A stretch of 64,000 nt of DNA from an uncultured bacterium (GTDB taxonomy: Bacteria > Hinthialibacterota > Hinthialibacteria > OLB16). Below are positions 1-11,438 of this stretch, one piece after another. The notes beneath the pieces are model-generated. The model searched no databases. It was not told where the DNA came from and worked only from the letters and a program-made list of their open reading frames with translations. Where the stretch lies: the NCBI GenBank assembly GCA_964422415.1, contig CAYRBI010000008.1, forward strand, positions 3,336 through 67,335, written 5' to 3'. Position 1 is the stretch's first letter. The number at the start of each line of letters is the position of its first letter. Both the position numbers and the translations under genes were made by a program.

Positions 1-60
1 CCATTATGTTGCACGTAATATGCTTATATAAAAAAATAAACATATGAGGAGAAACCCACC

Positions 61-894
61 ATGACAACTCTGGTGAATTCCGGAAAATGTGTGTACATCC
101 TTATTGTTTGTTTGGTATTTGTTCAGGGGCAGGCCAAGGCCTCCGAGTTTTTTGGGAAACCGGATGTGATGACCGAAAAGACAACGGATAAAATTTCCTC
201 CTTGGAAAAAATCGCCTGGTGGAAGTTCGAGGATAATTTTCTTGATTCCGTGGACAGTCACGATGCTTCACTGGTTGGAAATGTGACCTATGTGGATGGG
301 ATCACGGGACGGGCCGCACACTTTGGGGGTTCAGGATATCTCACTGTGCCGGATAATGATGAAATAAGTGCGATGGAACAGTTCGCAGTGGATGCATGGA
401 TCCGGGTTACCCAAGAGAAAGCCGCCTATCCCTTATTCAACAAGTATGGGTATAGCAACTACAGTGATGATGAGTGGATTTTCGCCTTGAACCCCAGCCG
501 TGTTCCTTATCTGGGAGTTTTTTCGGGACCTTATGGGGGGTATTGCGATACGGTCATCACCGCGACAAGCACATTATCCATCGGAGACTGGCATCATGTC
601 GTCTCGGTGTTTGACAATGTAAACCATATCATGGAAATCTACGTGGATGACATCTTGGAAGCCACCCGCACAGCTTTTCATGAAAGTCTGCGAGACACAG
701 ACCAACCGCTTCAGATTGGTAGCTACAAATATTATTACACTTCTTCCAGGGAATACTTCTTTGGAGACATCGATGAACTCATCCTTTGGGGCAAGAGTTC
801 AGAAGTGGAACCCACTCTCACCCCTTCCCCCACTGAGACGGCAACACAGACACCCACCCCCACTCTGGCGTTGAGCCTTCTCCGGCTGAGGTAG
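61..894 (+). CDS. secreted LamG/concanavalin-like domain protein ending in a Pro/Thr-rich linker
   Basis: GAGGAG RBS about 8 nt upstream of the ATG. Signal-like N-terminus (VYILIVCLVFVQGQAKA). LamG-like blocks FGGSGYLTVPD, FAVDAWIRV, GDWHHVVSVFD, MEIYVDD, FFGDIDELILWG. C-terminus TPSPTETATQTPTPT. Confidence 0.65.
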   Translation: MTTLVNSGKCVYILIVCLVFVQGQAKASEFFGKPDVMTEKTTDKISSLEKIAWWKFEDNFLDSVDSHDASLVGNVTYVDGITGRAAHFGGSGYLTVPDNDEISAMEQFAVDAWIRVTQEKAAYPLFNKYGYSNYSDDEWIFALNPSRVPYLGVFSGPYGGYCDTVITATSTLSIGDWHHVVSVFDNVNHIMEIYVDDILEATRTAFHESLRDTDQPLQIGSYKYYYTSSREYFFGDIDELILWGKSSEVEPTLTPSPTETATQTPTPTLALSLLRLR

Positions 895-937
895 CAATAT
901 CCCTGGACAGCTGGAGTAACCGGAAACCAAAACACAT

Positions 938-973
938 CTCCCAACCCTCCCCCGCTTGGGGGAGGGTTGGGAG
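938..973. repeat. GC-rich palindromic hairpin (family B), possible bidirectional terminator between the convergent LamG gene and pnp
   Basis: Read directly: ctcccaaccctccccc / gggggagggttgggag, about 16-bp stem with GCTT loop. No T-run. Related hairpins at 9504-9537 and 53791-53857. Confidence 0.7.
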
Positions 974-996
974 GGAAGTTCCACCATCTGGACTGC

Positions 997-3264
997 TTAC
1001 CGCCGTCCTCCGCGTCCGCCACGATCTCCACCGCCACGGCCGCCACGGTCGCCACCACGATCCCCGCCGCTACGATGGGGACGGTCGCCACCGCGATCTC
1101 CGCCGCTTGAAGAACCACGCACTCCCTTGCGCAGGATCTCTTCCATTTGCTGAGTGGTGTCTTCGCCGGCAAGCTCTGCGTCGGCGATCTTCTTGCTCAG
1201 GTTGATACGGCCCTGATCATCGATCTCGACCACCTTCACCTGGATGGTGTCACCCACACGGACCACATCCTCCACGCGCTCTACACGGGATGGAGCCAGT
1301 TGTGAGATGTGCACCAACCCCTCACGCGAGGGGAGGATCTCCACAAAAGCGCCGAAGGTCATCAGACGGACCACCTTGCCTTCATAGATCCGGCCCACTT
1401 CCACATCACTGGTGAGGTAGTCGACCATCTCGCGGGCCCGGCGCAGAGCGTCTCCATCGGGGCTGGCGATGATAACCTGGCCGGTGTCATCCACATCGAT
1501 CTTGACACCCGTCTCGGCGATGATGCCACGGATGGTCTTCCCACCAGGGCCAATCAGATCGCGGATCTTGTCGACATCGATCATCAACATCTCGATGCGT
1601 GGCGCATGAGGTTTCAACTCGGTACGCGGAGCGGTCAGGGCTTCCGCCATCTTTTCGAGAATATGGAGTCTTCCCTGACGGGCCTGCTCCAGCGCCTCGG
1701 CCATGATGTCACGGGAGATGCCACCGATCTTGATGTCCATCTGCAGAGCGGTGATACCATTGCGGGTTCCGGTCACTTTGAAGTCCATGTCACCGAGGTG
1801 ATCTTCCATGCCCAGGATGTCAGAGAGGATGGCATAACGGTCCCCCTCCTTGATGAGTCCCATGGCGATCCCGGCCACCGGCTCCGAGATAGGCACACCA
1901 GCATCCATCAGTGAGAGACAGCCCGCGCATACAGTCGCCATCGAGGAAGAGCCATTGGATTCCAGGATGTCCGAGACTATGCGGATGGTGTAGGGGAAGA
2001 CCTCTTTGGTGGGCAGCACCGGCGCCAAGGCCCGCTCGGCAAGCGCGCCATGGCCGATCTCGCGGCGCCCTGGCCCACGGATGGGCTTCACCTCGCCTGT
2101 GCTAAAGGGCGGAAAGTTGTAATGCAAATAGTAGTGACGGCGGTACTCTGGAAGCAATGTGTCGATGATGAGTTCATCCGAAGAGGTACCCAGCGTAGTT
2201 GTACCGAGAGATTGGGTCTCTCCACGGGTGAAGAGCGCGGAACCATGCGCGCGGGGCACAAGGCCGACTTCAGCGGTGATGGGACGGATGTTCTTGGTGC
2301 CACGTCCATCGGCACGAACTCCCTCGTCGAGGACCATGCGGCGCATTTCACTCGCTTCGATATCATGGAACAGACCCCCCAGTTCCTTGGAGGCATCGTC
2401 ATACTCGGGATCCTCTTCCTCGGGAAGCAGATCCGCGGAGACCTCATCAAGTAGACGCGCGATAGCCTCATGACGGGCTTCCTTGCCCTGGGTGAGGATA
2501 GCGTCCTTCAGTTTATGACGGACACTCGCCTCCAGGCGTGAGATGAGATCGACATTCTTAGTGATCTCCTTGACCGCCATCTTGGGTTTACCCGCCAGGA
2601 CTTTGAGTTCCTGGACCAGATCGGCGATTTCACCGATCACACGGTGGCCTTCCTCCAAGGCGGCGATCATCTCGGCTTCAGAGATCATCTTCGCGCCGCT
2701 TTCAACCATCATGATGGCATCTTTGGTGCCCGCGATGGTGAGGTTAAGACGTGATTCCTCTATCTCAGCATAAGTTGGATTGATCAGGAAGCGTGAGCCC
2801 ACCATGCCCACCCGGACCGCGCCCAGGCAGGGCTCGAAAGGTATATCCGAGATTGCCAAGGCCGCGAAAGCCGCGATCATCGAGGGGATATCCGGATCGG
2901 TGTTCTGATCAGCGGAGAACACGGTCACCATGACCTGTGTTTCGAGGTTGAAACCATCGGGGAAGAGGGGACGCATCGGGCGGTCGATCAACCGCGAGGT
3001 CAGCGTCTCCTTGTCTGATGGACGGGATTCGCGCTTGAAGAAACCACCGGGGATTTTTCCGGCGGCAAAGTGTTTCTCACGGTAATCGACGGTCAGGGGG
3101 AAGAAATCGAGACCTTCCCGGCCCTTGGTATCCATGACCGCACAAGCCAGGACCATCGTGTCACCATAGCGGACTACAACGGAGCCATTCGCTTGCTTAG
3201 CCAGACTTCCAGTCTCGAGGATCAGATTCCGGCCCGCGATCTCGCGTTCAACTGATTTTTTCAT
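997..3264 (-). CDS. pnp: polynucleotide phosphorylase (PNPase) with a C-terminal RGG/GGDR-rich tail
   Basis: Two RNase PH-like halves (FFPLTVDYREKHFAAGKIPGGFFKRE; YNFPPFSTGE), a KH domain (IRDLIGPGGKTIRGI) and an S1 domain (GRIYEGKVVRLMTFGAFVEI). Lies downstream of rpsO. Start placed at ATG 3264 (MKKSVE) rather than the upstream GTG at 3282. Confidence 0.95.
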   Translation of the reverse strand: MKKSVEREIAGRNLILETGSLAKQANGSVVVRYGDTMVLACAVMDTKGREGLDFFPLTVDYREKHFAAGKIPGGFFKRESRPSDKETLTSRLIDRPMRPLFPDGFNLETQVMVTVFSADQNTDPDIPSMIAAFAALAISDIPFEPCLGAVRVGMVGSRFLINPTYAEIEESRLNLTIAGTKDAIMMVESGAKMISEAEMIAALEEGHRVIGEIADLVQELKVLAGKPKMAVKEITKNVDLISRLEASVRHKLKDAILTQGKEARHEAIARLLDEVSADLLPEEEDPEYDDASKELGGLFHDIEASEMRRMVLDEGVRADGRGTKNIRPITAEVGLVPRAHGSALFTRGETQSLGTTTLGTSSDELIIDTLLPEYRRHYYLHYNFPPFSTGEVKPIRGPGRREIGHGALAERALAPVLPTKEVFPYTIRIVSDILESNGSSSMATVCAGCLSLMDAGVPISEPVAGIAMGLIKEGDRYAILSDILGMEDHLGDMDFKVTGTRNGITALQMDIKIGGISRDIMAEALEQARQGRLHILEKMAEALTAPRTELKPHAPRIEMLMIDVDKIRDLIGPGGKTIRGIIAETGVKIDVDDTGQVIIASPDGDALRRAREMVDYLTSDVEVGRIYEGKVVRLMTFGAFVEILPSREGLVHISQLAPSRVERVEDVVRVGDTIQVKVVEIDDQGRINLSKKIADAELAGEDTTQQMEEILRKGVRGSSSGGDRGGDRPHRSGGDRGGDRGGRGGGDRGGRGGRR

Positions 3265-3484
3265 TGTGTGTGCTTTCCCCACTGGAAAGTGAGGACTCTC
3301 CGCGGACGCGGAGCAGTCAAGAATCTCCGTCAGGAGAGACCGATGTCTCTTTGGCGGATGAAAATGGAATTCCAGTGGATAAAAATTGGACTACTACCGA
3401 AGGGGAAACCTAAGTTGATGGCGGGAATCAGGTTGTGCTCCCTTTCCATTAAGAGGGAAGAACTTGGGTAGGACACTCACCCTG

Positions 3485-3512
3485 CATCGTCTTCTCGTTT
3501 GACAAGACGATG
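3485..3512 (-). promoter_or_regulatory. 9-bp perfect hairpin in the rpsO-pnp intergenic leader
   Basis: catcgtctt (3485-3493) pairs with aagacgatg (3504-3512) across a 10-nt loop. The position resembles the pnp leader hairpin known in E. coli; function here is only inferred. Confidence 0.3.
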
Positions 3513-3664
3513 GAAGGTATTTGTCCTACGTCTATTCCTCCCTGATTTCCCCCTCGTCCTCATAGCCCCGCCAAGCGGGGCCCCTTCTTCTTCCCCAGTT
3601 GGGGTTTCATTCAGTCTACTCAACAGGCATGGTCCCCGGAAGGGCCACTGGGGCTACACCGTTT

Positions 3665-3934
3665 CTAACGGCGTAACCCCAGTCTTTCAGTGATCTTGCG
3701 GTAACGGTCCAGCTCATTGCTCCGGAGATATTCGAGCAAACGGCGTCTTTGTCCAACCAGCATCAACAATCCACGGCGGGAGTGATGATCCTTGGCGTGA
3801 ACCTTGAAGTGGTCAGTGAGGTTTTTGATTCTTTCAGTCAGAATGGCGATCTGGACCTCCGGCGAGCCCGTATCCTTCTCATGCACCCGGTGTTCCTTGA
3901 TCAACTCATTCTTGCGTCCAGCGGTGATGCTCAC
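3665..3934 (-). CDS. rpsO: 30S ribosomal protein S15
   Basis: 89 aa with a full-length S15 pattern ([48 protein letters not shown]). Upstream of pnp. Confidence 0.95.
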   Translation of the reverse strand: MSITAGRKNELIKEHRVHEKDTGSPEVQIAILTERIKNLTDHFKVHAKDHHSRRGLLMLVGQRRRLLEYLRSNELDRYRKITERLGLRR

Positions 3935-4102
3935 TTGTCATTCACCTCCTTTCACTTAAAAGTTCTTTAATAACTCGAGTATAAACCTCTTCCCTGAGAG
4001 GCACACCAGGGGCGTATCATCCCAGAATCGAAAGCAGCGTCAAGACCTTTGCCCCGGGAAAGCCCCCGGAACAGCGCTCTGTCCGATGAATAGATACGTT
4101 CA

Positions 4103-4840
4103 TTATTGCTTCTTTTCCCAGATGTCCGCTAAGAGCCGCACCCATACCTCATATCCTGCACGATTGGGATGACAGCCATCATCCGACAATTTGACACTCA
4201 TTTCTCCCTTCTCATCACAGAAGGAGGGAAAGAGGTCCAGGTATGTCAGTCCTTGTTCCTTGGCCACCGCCTTGAGCTCCTCGTTCACCTTCCGCACCGT
4301 GGCATTGAGCTTGGCGCATTCGATGTTGGCGATGTTGCCACGGACTGGCAGACCCGACTGAATGTAGATCTTCGCACCGGGACAGTTCCGGCGGATGTCA
4401 CGGAAGAGGTAATCATACAGCGAGCGGAACTGGGGAATGGTCATGTTGTTATTAAAAACATCATTAATCCCAATCATCACAAAGACCTTGGAGGGTTTGA
4501 GTTCATAGACGGATTCATTCAGACGGCGCAGCAGCCCCCAAATTGCATCCCCACCGATACCCCGGTTGGCGGGATTCTGCTCAGGCAGCATCTCGGCCAA
4601 TGGAAATCCAGCGGTGATCGAATCCCCCACAAAAACCACCCCACCTGGCGCACGCTTGAGGTTATCCTCGTGGAAGGCCTTGACCTGAGCCTTCCAGGAA
4701 TCATTCATCTCCCCCGTCATATGCTCGCTGGCAAAGGGAAGGCTTTCCATCGCCGGTATATCCGCTCCTGTACCTTCCGGCGCGGCCTGAACTGTCCCCA
4801 GGGTGAACACCAACACCAGTACAAAAACAAATGTTTTCAT
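4103..4840 (-). CDS. secreted SGNH/GDSL-family esterase
   Basis: AGGAG RBS followed by signal peptide MKTFVFVLVLVFTLGTVQA. SGNH blocks FVGDSITAG, GIGGD, MIGINDV, DGCHPN. Start moved to the internal ATG at 4840. Confidence 0.8.
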   Translation of the reverse strand: MKTFVFVLVLVFTLGTVQAAPEGTGADIPAMESLPFASEHMTGEMNDSWKAQVKAFHEDNLKRAPGGVVFVGDSITAGFPLAEMLPEQNPANRGIGGDAIWGLLRRLNESVYELKPSKVFVMIGINDVFNNNMTIPQFRSLYDYLFRDIRRNCPGAKIYIQSGLPVRGNIANIECAKLNATVRKVNEELKAVAKEQGLTYLDLFPSFCDEKGEMSVKLSDDGCHPNRAGYEVWVRLLADIWEKKQ

Positions 4841-5023
4841 GAGATCTCCTTTTTTTTTCGCCTGCGATGAGTAAAGGATCTGCTGATTCATGGACTACAT
4901 GGACATGAGGCGTTTCATCTGAACAGAAGCGGACAAGGAAAGCAACCGGCTATGAATTCACACTTGCCAAGTGCGGGAGATGATCTGCACAATAGGGGAA
5001 AGCGATAAGGAGAGACTATACCC

Positions 5024-5242
5024 ATGGTATCAGCACTGGAACAAGCCTTTGCAGAGGCATCAAAACTTCCCTCGGAGGATCAGGATTCCTTGGGAAGATG
5101 GCTTTTGGAGGAAGTCCTCTCAGAACGAGTCTGGGAAAAGGCTTTTGCTGAGTCACAAGACGCTTTGGCACAGCTCGCCAAGGAGGCTCTCGCGGAACAC
5201 CGCCGTGGCGAAACCTTGGAACTCGATCCCACCCTCCTATGA
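5024..5242 (+). CDS. putative addiction-module antitoxin, partner of the downstream RelE/ParE-like toxin
   Basis: 72-aa acidic helical protein (EASKLPSEDQDSLGRWLLEEV). Its stop overlaps the next start by 4 nt (ATGA). Confidence 0.55.
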   Translation: MVSALEQAFAEASKLPSEDQDSLGRWLLEEVLSERVWEKAFAESQDALAQLAKEALAEHRRGETLELDPTLL

Positions 5243-5508
5243 CCTCCCGGACAACAAAGAGGTTTCGTAAAGCATTCCGTGAACTCTCCCGAAATGTCCA
5301 GAAGGATGCACGAGAAGCCTATAGCCGCTTCCAGGAAGACCCTTTCTATCCAAGTTTACAGTTCAAACAAGTTCACACCTCCCTTCCAATATACTCAGCA
5401 AGGATAAATGAAGGATATCGTGCTGTGGGTATAATGGAGGGTTCTGAGATTGTTTGGTTCTGGATTGGATCACATACCGATCACATTCATCTTTTAGGGC
5501 GAATATAA
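5239..5508 (+). CDS. RelE/ParE-superfamily type II toxin
   Basis: 89 aa. FRKAFRELSRNVQKDA ... YSARINEGYRAVGIMEGSEIVWFWIGSHTDH matches the RelE/ParE family layout. Translationally coupled to the upstream small ORF. Confidence 0.7.
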   Translation: MTSRTTKRFRKAFRELSRNVQKDAREAYSRFQEDPFYPSLQFKQVHTSLPIYSARINEGYRAVGIMEGSEIVWFWIGSHTDHIHLLGRI

Positions 5509-5655
5509 GGAGATGTCTGTTTACCCCAGAAAGAGAGATCCTTATAGCCGTAGATCAAGTCCTCTCACCCACTGTATGTTCCTATCCCCCCATTTTCCGT
5601 TATCATTCCATCCATTGAGTTTATTTACCGATAAGCCAAGGAGTCATCCAACAAG

Positions 5656-5994
5656 ATGAAAATGGTGGTGGCAATCATCCGTCCCAATAAGCTGGATGAA
5701 GTCAAGAAGGCGCTCGAGGACGAGGGGATCCGTGGAATCACCATCGCGGAAGTACGCGGGCATGGACGTCAGAAGGGACACACTGAGCTCTTTCGTGGGA
5801 AAGAATACTTCGTGGACCTGATCCCCAAGACACGGATCGAAATGGCCACCCCCGATGAGCATGTGGAGGGTGTCATCGAGGCCATCCTCAAGTCCTCGCG
5901 GACAGGGGAAGTGGGCGATGGCAAGATCTTCATCATTCCGATGGAGAATGCCTATCGTATCCGGACTGGGGAGGTCGGAGTAGAAGCACTTTGA
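5656..5994 (+). CDS. glnB: nitrogen regulatory protein P-II
   Basis: 112 aa. MKMVVAIIRPNKLDEVKKAL, T-loop GRQKGHTELFRGKEY, GDGKIFI. Confidence 0.9.
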   Translation: MKMVVAIIRPNKLDEVKKALEDEGIRGITIAEVRGHGRQKGHTELFRGKEYFVDLIPKTRIEMATPDEHVEGVIEAILKSSRTGEVGDGKIFIIPMENAYRIRTGEVGVEAL

Positions 5995-6070
5995 AATCCT
6001 GTTCCCATTCAATCCTCCAGTGGGGAGAGTTTCATCCTCTTTCTGCCTCAGCCAATCGAGACTAGACTAA

Positions 6071-8038
<1,968 letters not shown>

Positions 8039-8047
8039 AATGACACG

Positions 8048-8281
8048 ATGGAGGAAATCCTTCGCATTCTCTTTGGTGGATTAGCCGTCTTCTGCCTCTG
8101 GTGGTGGGCTAACCATATTCCACTGACAAAGAGTGAGAAGTGGTACTATCAGAAGATCCATGGCAGGGATGAGGATCAAGCAGATAGTCTCAGACAGAGG
8201 GGTGCTGTTATCTTGGCTCTTGTATTTGCGGGTATGGTCCTCTTGAAGGTCACCAGTCTGGTATTGGGGTTGGATTTCTGA
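8048..8281 (+). CDS. hypothetical small two-TM membrane protein
   Basis: 77-aa ORF with two hydrophobic segments. No clear RBS and no recognisable family. Confidence 0.3.
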   Translation: MEEILRILFGGLAVFCLWWWANHIPLTKSEKWYYQKIHGRDEDQADSLRQRGAVILALVFAGMVLLKVTSLVLGLDF

Positions 8282-8643
8282 ATAGTTGCTCACAGGGGGG
8301 TTGATCACACTCCTCGGTGAGGGAAACCCCACCCTGGCCATCATCAGCTCACATCAACTAGCCCACGAGTTCAACTCGTGGAGAAGCTGCTCCCAAACAT
8401 CTATCCCCAGAGAGAACAACCTCAGGGGCACTCTGTTCAGCCCCTCCAACCCGCATCTCCAGGATTCCTTTTCAACAGGTAGTTGAATGCCAGATGAAGG
8501 TCCGATACGATGGACCCTATGAATTGAGTCCTGGGAGGGGAGTGTCTCCCCGCAGGCGTTTGTTTTCAAACCGCGAATAGGCTTTCAAGCGGCAATCCAC
8601 TTTCGACCCATGGACTGATGGGCGCTCACAAAGGAGAGCAAAC

Positions 8644-9429
8644 ATGGTCGGGAAGCTCTGGAAGGCCCTGATGGGCCAAATCAACAAGCTGGCCAATTTC
8701 TTCTGGCAAGCTGATCCCATCGCACAGATGCAGTTGGAATATGATAATGCGGTCGAACAGCTCAAAGACGGCCGGACTGGGTTGGAGCAGTACCGTGCCC
8801 TAGTTGAACGGGTGACCCGTCAGGTCAAGGGCAATGAAAGCCGCGTGGCTGATCTGACCGCGCAGGTCAAGTCCTATCTCAAGATCAATGACCGCGCGAC
8901 AGCGGGCAAGTTCGCAATGGAACTCCAAAAGGCTCAAAGCGAACTCAAGGAGAACCTGGAACAACTGACTCTCCACGAGACCAGTTACCAGAATAATCTC
9001 ACTAAAATTCAGCACGCGACCAGCAAACTCAATGATGTCCAAACTAAGATCAAGCGTTACGATGCCGAGCTCAAGATGAGTGCCGCCGAAGCGGAGATGG
9101 CCAAACTCGCCCAAAGCTTCGATTTCGATGTTTCCACCGATTTTGGTGAACTCGAGAACATTATCCAGAGCAAGATCGACATGAACCGCGCCAAGGTGCG
9201 TGTGGCGGGTGATCTTTCTCATGAAGGTATCGCGGAGATCGAGGCCGAACAACGCAAGGAAGCCTCACAGGCTGAGGATTTACTCCAACAGTTCGAGGTG
9301 GATATGGGATTGAAGACCCCCGAGACCGCCAATGTGCAACAACAGGAGAAGTCCCTCGGCGCCACAGCTGACGCCACCACCGACCGTGAGAACGCTTTGA
9401 AGGATGTGGAAAAGCAACTGGGGGCATAA
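8644..9429 (+). CDS. pspA: PspA/IM30 (Vipp1/ESCRT-III superfamily) protein
   Basis: AAGGAG RBS. Long coiled-coil protein with a PspA-type N-terminus (LWKALMGQINKLANFFWQADPIAQMQLEYDNAVEQL) and heptad-rich helices throughout. Confidence 0.8.
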   Translation: MVGKLWKALMGQINKLANFFWQADPIAQMQLEYDNAVEQLKDGRTGLEQYRALVERVTRQVKGNESRVADLTAQVKSYLKINDRATAGKFAMELQKAQSELKENLEQLTLHETSYQNNLTKIQHATSKLNDVQTKIKRYDAELKMSAAEAEMAKLAQSFDFDVSTDFGELENIIQSKIDMNRAKVRVAGDLSHEGIAEIEAEQRKEASQAEDLLQQFEVDMGLKTPETANVQQQEKSLGATADATTDRENALKDVEKQLGA

Positions 9430-9503
9430 CAGCCCATACGCTTATGGGTATAGTAGGGAACTCCCGCTTGCGCGGGATGGAAATGCCCAGATGACATCAT
9501 CAC

Positions 9504-9537
9504 CCCATCCTCTCCCCCACGAGGGGGAGGGGATGGG
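9504..9537. repeat. GC-rich palindromic hairpin (family B) downstream of pspA
   Basis: cccatcctctccccc / gggggaggggatggg, 15-bp stem (one G-U) with ACGA loop. Same core as 938-973. Confidence 0.7.
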
Positions 9538-9568
9538 TGGGTTGTGAAGCGATCCAGATCTGAACCAT

Positions 9569-9600
9569 GGATTCCCGCTTGTGAGGGAATGACGTTTTTT
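9569..9600 (+). terminator. family-A repeat half-element (ggattcccgc...gggaatgacg) followed by a T6 run; possible attenuator or terminator after pspA
   Basis: attccc / gggaat stem followed by gacgtttttt, read directly. Lies 18 nt before the next start codon. Confidence 0.35.
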
Positions 9601-9617
9601 CAAGGAGGAGCAATCCA

Positions 9618-11420
9618 ATGGCGGATGAACGCATCGGGGGAGGCCCCAAACCGAGTTTCTATATTGTCCTATTCCTGGTGGTCATCGGCTTGGCGGCTTA
9701 TGGCCTACGGGATTTCATCTTTCCGAAGGGCGGACAGCAACCACGCCCCGTGGCCCCATTAACCACCGAGGATCTCCAGAAGGCCGCGCAACCAGCGCAA
9801 CCGAGCGAGCCGGTCACGGCAGACAAGGGGAGTGCCCCCGAGGCCCCCGATACCACACCGCTCACCACGGTCAAGGAGTACTCCTATGTTCCCAGCGAGA
9901 AACTCCCGCCGGTGAGCGGAGTCTCGAACTATGCCCCCTTGGCTGACCGGACTGTCAAGTTCTCGCTTAATGTCTGGGCGGGCTGGGCGCCGATCATTCT
10001 CTTCAATGAGGGCAAGGGGCCCGGCAAGTTGTGGAAATCTCCCAGCGGCCAGGACTTCAAGGTCGAGTTGATGCTGATTGATGATCCCGTGGCCATGCGT
10101 GATGCTTACGCCGCTGGCCAGGTTCATATCGGTTGGGGCACACTCGACATGGTCCCGCTCTTCATGGAGGAACTCCAGAAGGATAGCCGCATCCAACCGC
10201 GTGTCTTCCAACAAGTGGACTGGTCAAACGGGGGTGATGGCATCGTCATCCGCCGTTCCCACTGTAAGGATCCGCAGCATCCCTCCATCGCTGACCTGCG
10301 TGGGAAGAAGGTGGCATTGGCGCAAAACTCACCCAGCCAGTTCTTCGTGTTAAATGCCCTGATCAGTGGTGGGGTCCAACCCGCGGAGGTGACCTTTTTA
10401 TATACTGGTGATGCCTTCCAGGCCGCTGCGGCCTTTAATTCCGATCCGAGTGTCGCCGCCTGTGTCAGCTGGGCTCCCGACATCTACAACCTGACCAAGA
10501 TCCAGGATAACCACCTGCTGGTCACCACCGCCACCGCCAACAAGTTGATTGCTGATGTTTGGTATGCCCGCGCGGACTTCGCCAAAGACCATCCCGACAT
10601 CTGCGAGGGCTTAGTACGCGGTATCTTCGAGGGCATGGAGCAGATGAAGACCGACGAGGGCCGTCAGAAGGCCGCCGGCTTCATGGCCAAGATGTATAAC
10701 ATGCCGGCCACTGACTGCATGGGGATGCTCGGTGACGCGCACTCGACCAACTACGCCGAGAACCGCGACTTCTTCATGAACCAGAATAATCCCACCAACT
10801 TCGAACGCACGTGGGATACCGCCAATTACCTCTACCGCCACATCGGCAAGATCTCGAATCCTGCCTCCTTTGACACAGTGATGGACTTCTCGGTTCTCCA
10901 GAAACTGGCCAGCGAACCGCAGTTCGCTAGTAGCAAGAACGAATACCAGGTTCAATTCACTCCCAAGACAGTCCAAAGCATCAAGGCCGAAAGCGGTGAA
11001 ATCCTGACCAAGGTGGTCACCATTCACTTCTACCCCAACAGTTACGACCTGTTCAAGAAGGTGATCGAGAACGTAGACGGGAAAGATGTCGAGAAGCTCT
11101 ATGATCCCAACGCTGACTTCGTGCTGGAGGAGATCGGGAAGCTGGCGGGGCAGTATGGCGCGGCGCGGATTGTTATCGAGGGCCATGCCGACAGTAGCAT
11201 GAAGGGCAGCGTGCCCGCCGCCCTGGTCAAGGAGCTCTCCTCCAACCGCGCTAATGCGGTCAAGGAAGCGCTCATCAAGAAATTCACGATCCTCGATCCC
11301 AAGCAGTTCAGCGCCGTGGGCATGGGATGGGATGTTCCCGCCGATCCCTCGGACAAACAGAACCAGGCCAAGAACCGCCGTGTCGAAGTGAAAGTCTACC
11401 CCTTGGAGTCGGTCCAGTAG
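9618..11420 (+). CDS. membrane-anchored NMT1/TauA-like ABC substrate-binding protein fused to a C-terminal OmpA-like domain
   Basis: GGAGG RBS and N-terminal TM (FYIVLFLVVIGLAAYGL). Central NitT/TauT-type SBP-like region. C-terminus has OmpA-like blocks (IVIEGHADSS, NRANAVKEALIKKF, NRRVEVKVYP). Confidence 0.7.
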   Translation: MADERIGGGPKPSFYIVLFLVVIGLAAYGLRDFIFPKGGQQPRPVAPLTTEDLQKAAQPAQPSEPVTADKGSAPEAPDTTPLTTVKEYSYVPSEKLPPVSGVSNYAPLADRTVKFSLNVWAGWAPIILFNEGKGPGKLWKSPSGQDFKVELMLIDDPVAMRDAYAAGQVHIGWGTLDMVPLFMEELQKDSRIQPRVFQQVDWSNGGDGIVIRRSHCKDPQHPSIADLRGKKVALAQNSPSQFFVLNALISGGVQPAEVTFLYTGDAFQAAAAFNSDPSVAACVSWAPDIYNLTKIQDNHLLVTTATANKLIADVWYARADFAKDHPDICEGLVRGIFEGMEQMKTDEGRQKAAGFMAKMYNMPATDCMGMLGDAHSTNYAENRDFFMNQNNPTNFERTWDTANYLYRHIGKISNPASFDTVMDFSVLQKLASEPQFASSKNEYQVQFTPKTVQSIKAESGEILTKVVTIHFYPNSYDLFKKVIENVDGKDVEKLYDPNADFVLEEIGKLAGQYGAARIVIEGHADSSMKGSVPAALVKELSSNRANAVKEALIKKFTILDPKQFSAVGMGWDVPADPSDKQNQAKNRRVEVKVYPLESVQ

Positions 11421-11438
11421 ACCGGCCCCGGCGCGGAC

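Noticed and set aside
735-1172. ORFs 735..1172(-), 956..1153(+) and 799..987(-), rich in PPR/SPP or VAT repeats.
   Set aside because: They are alternative-frame or antisense readings of the PNPase RGG-tail repeats and of the LamG PT-linker. They have no independent support.
8611-8626. Sigma54-like -24/-12 element (tGGactgatgggcGCt) upstream of pspA. It is tempting because E. coli pspA is sigma54-dependent.
   Set aside because: The GG/GC spacing is right, but the flanking consensus is poor. The implied transcription start would fall inside the AAGGAG RBS only about 7 nt before the ATG, so a functional promoter here is implausible.
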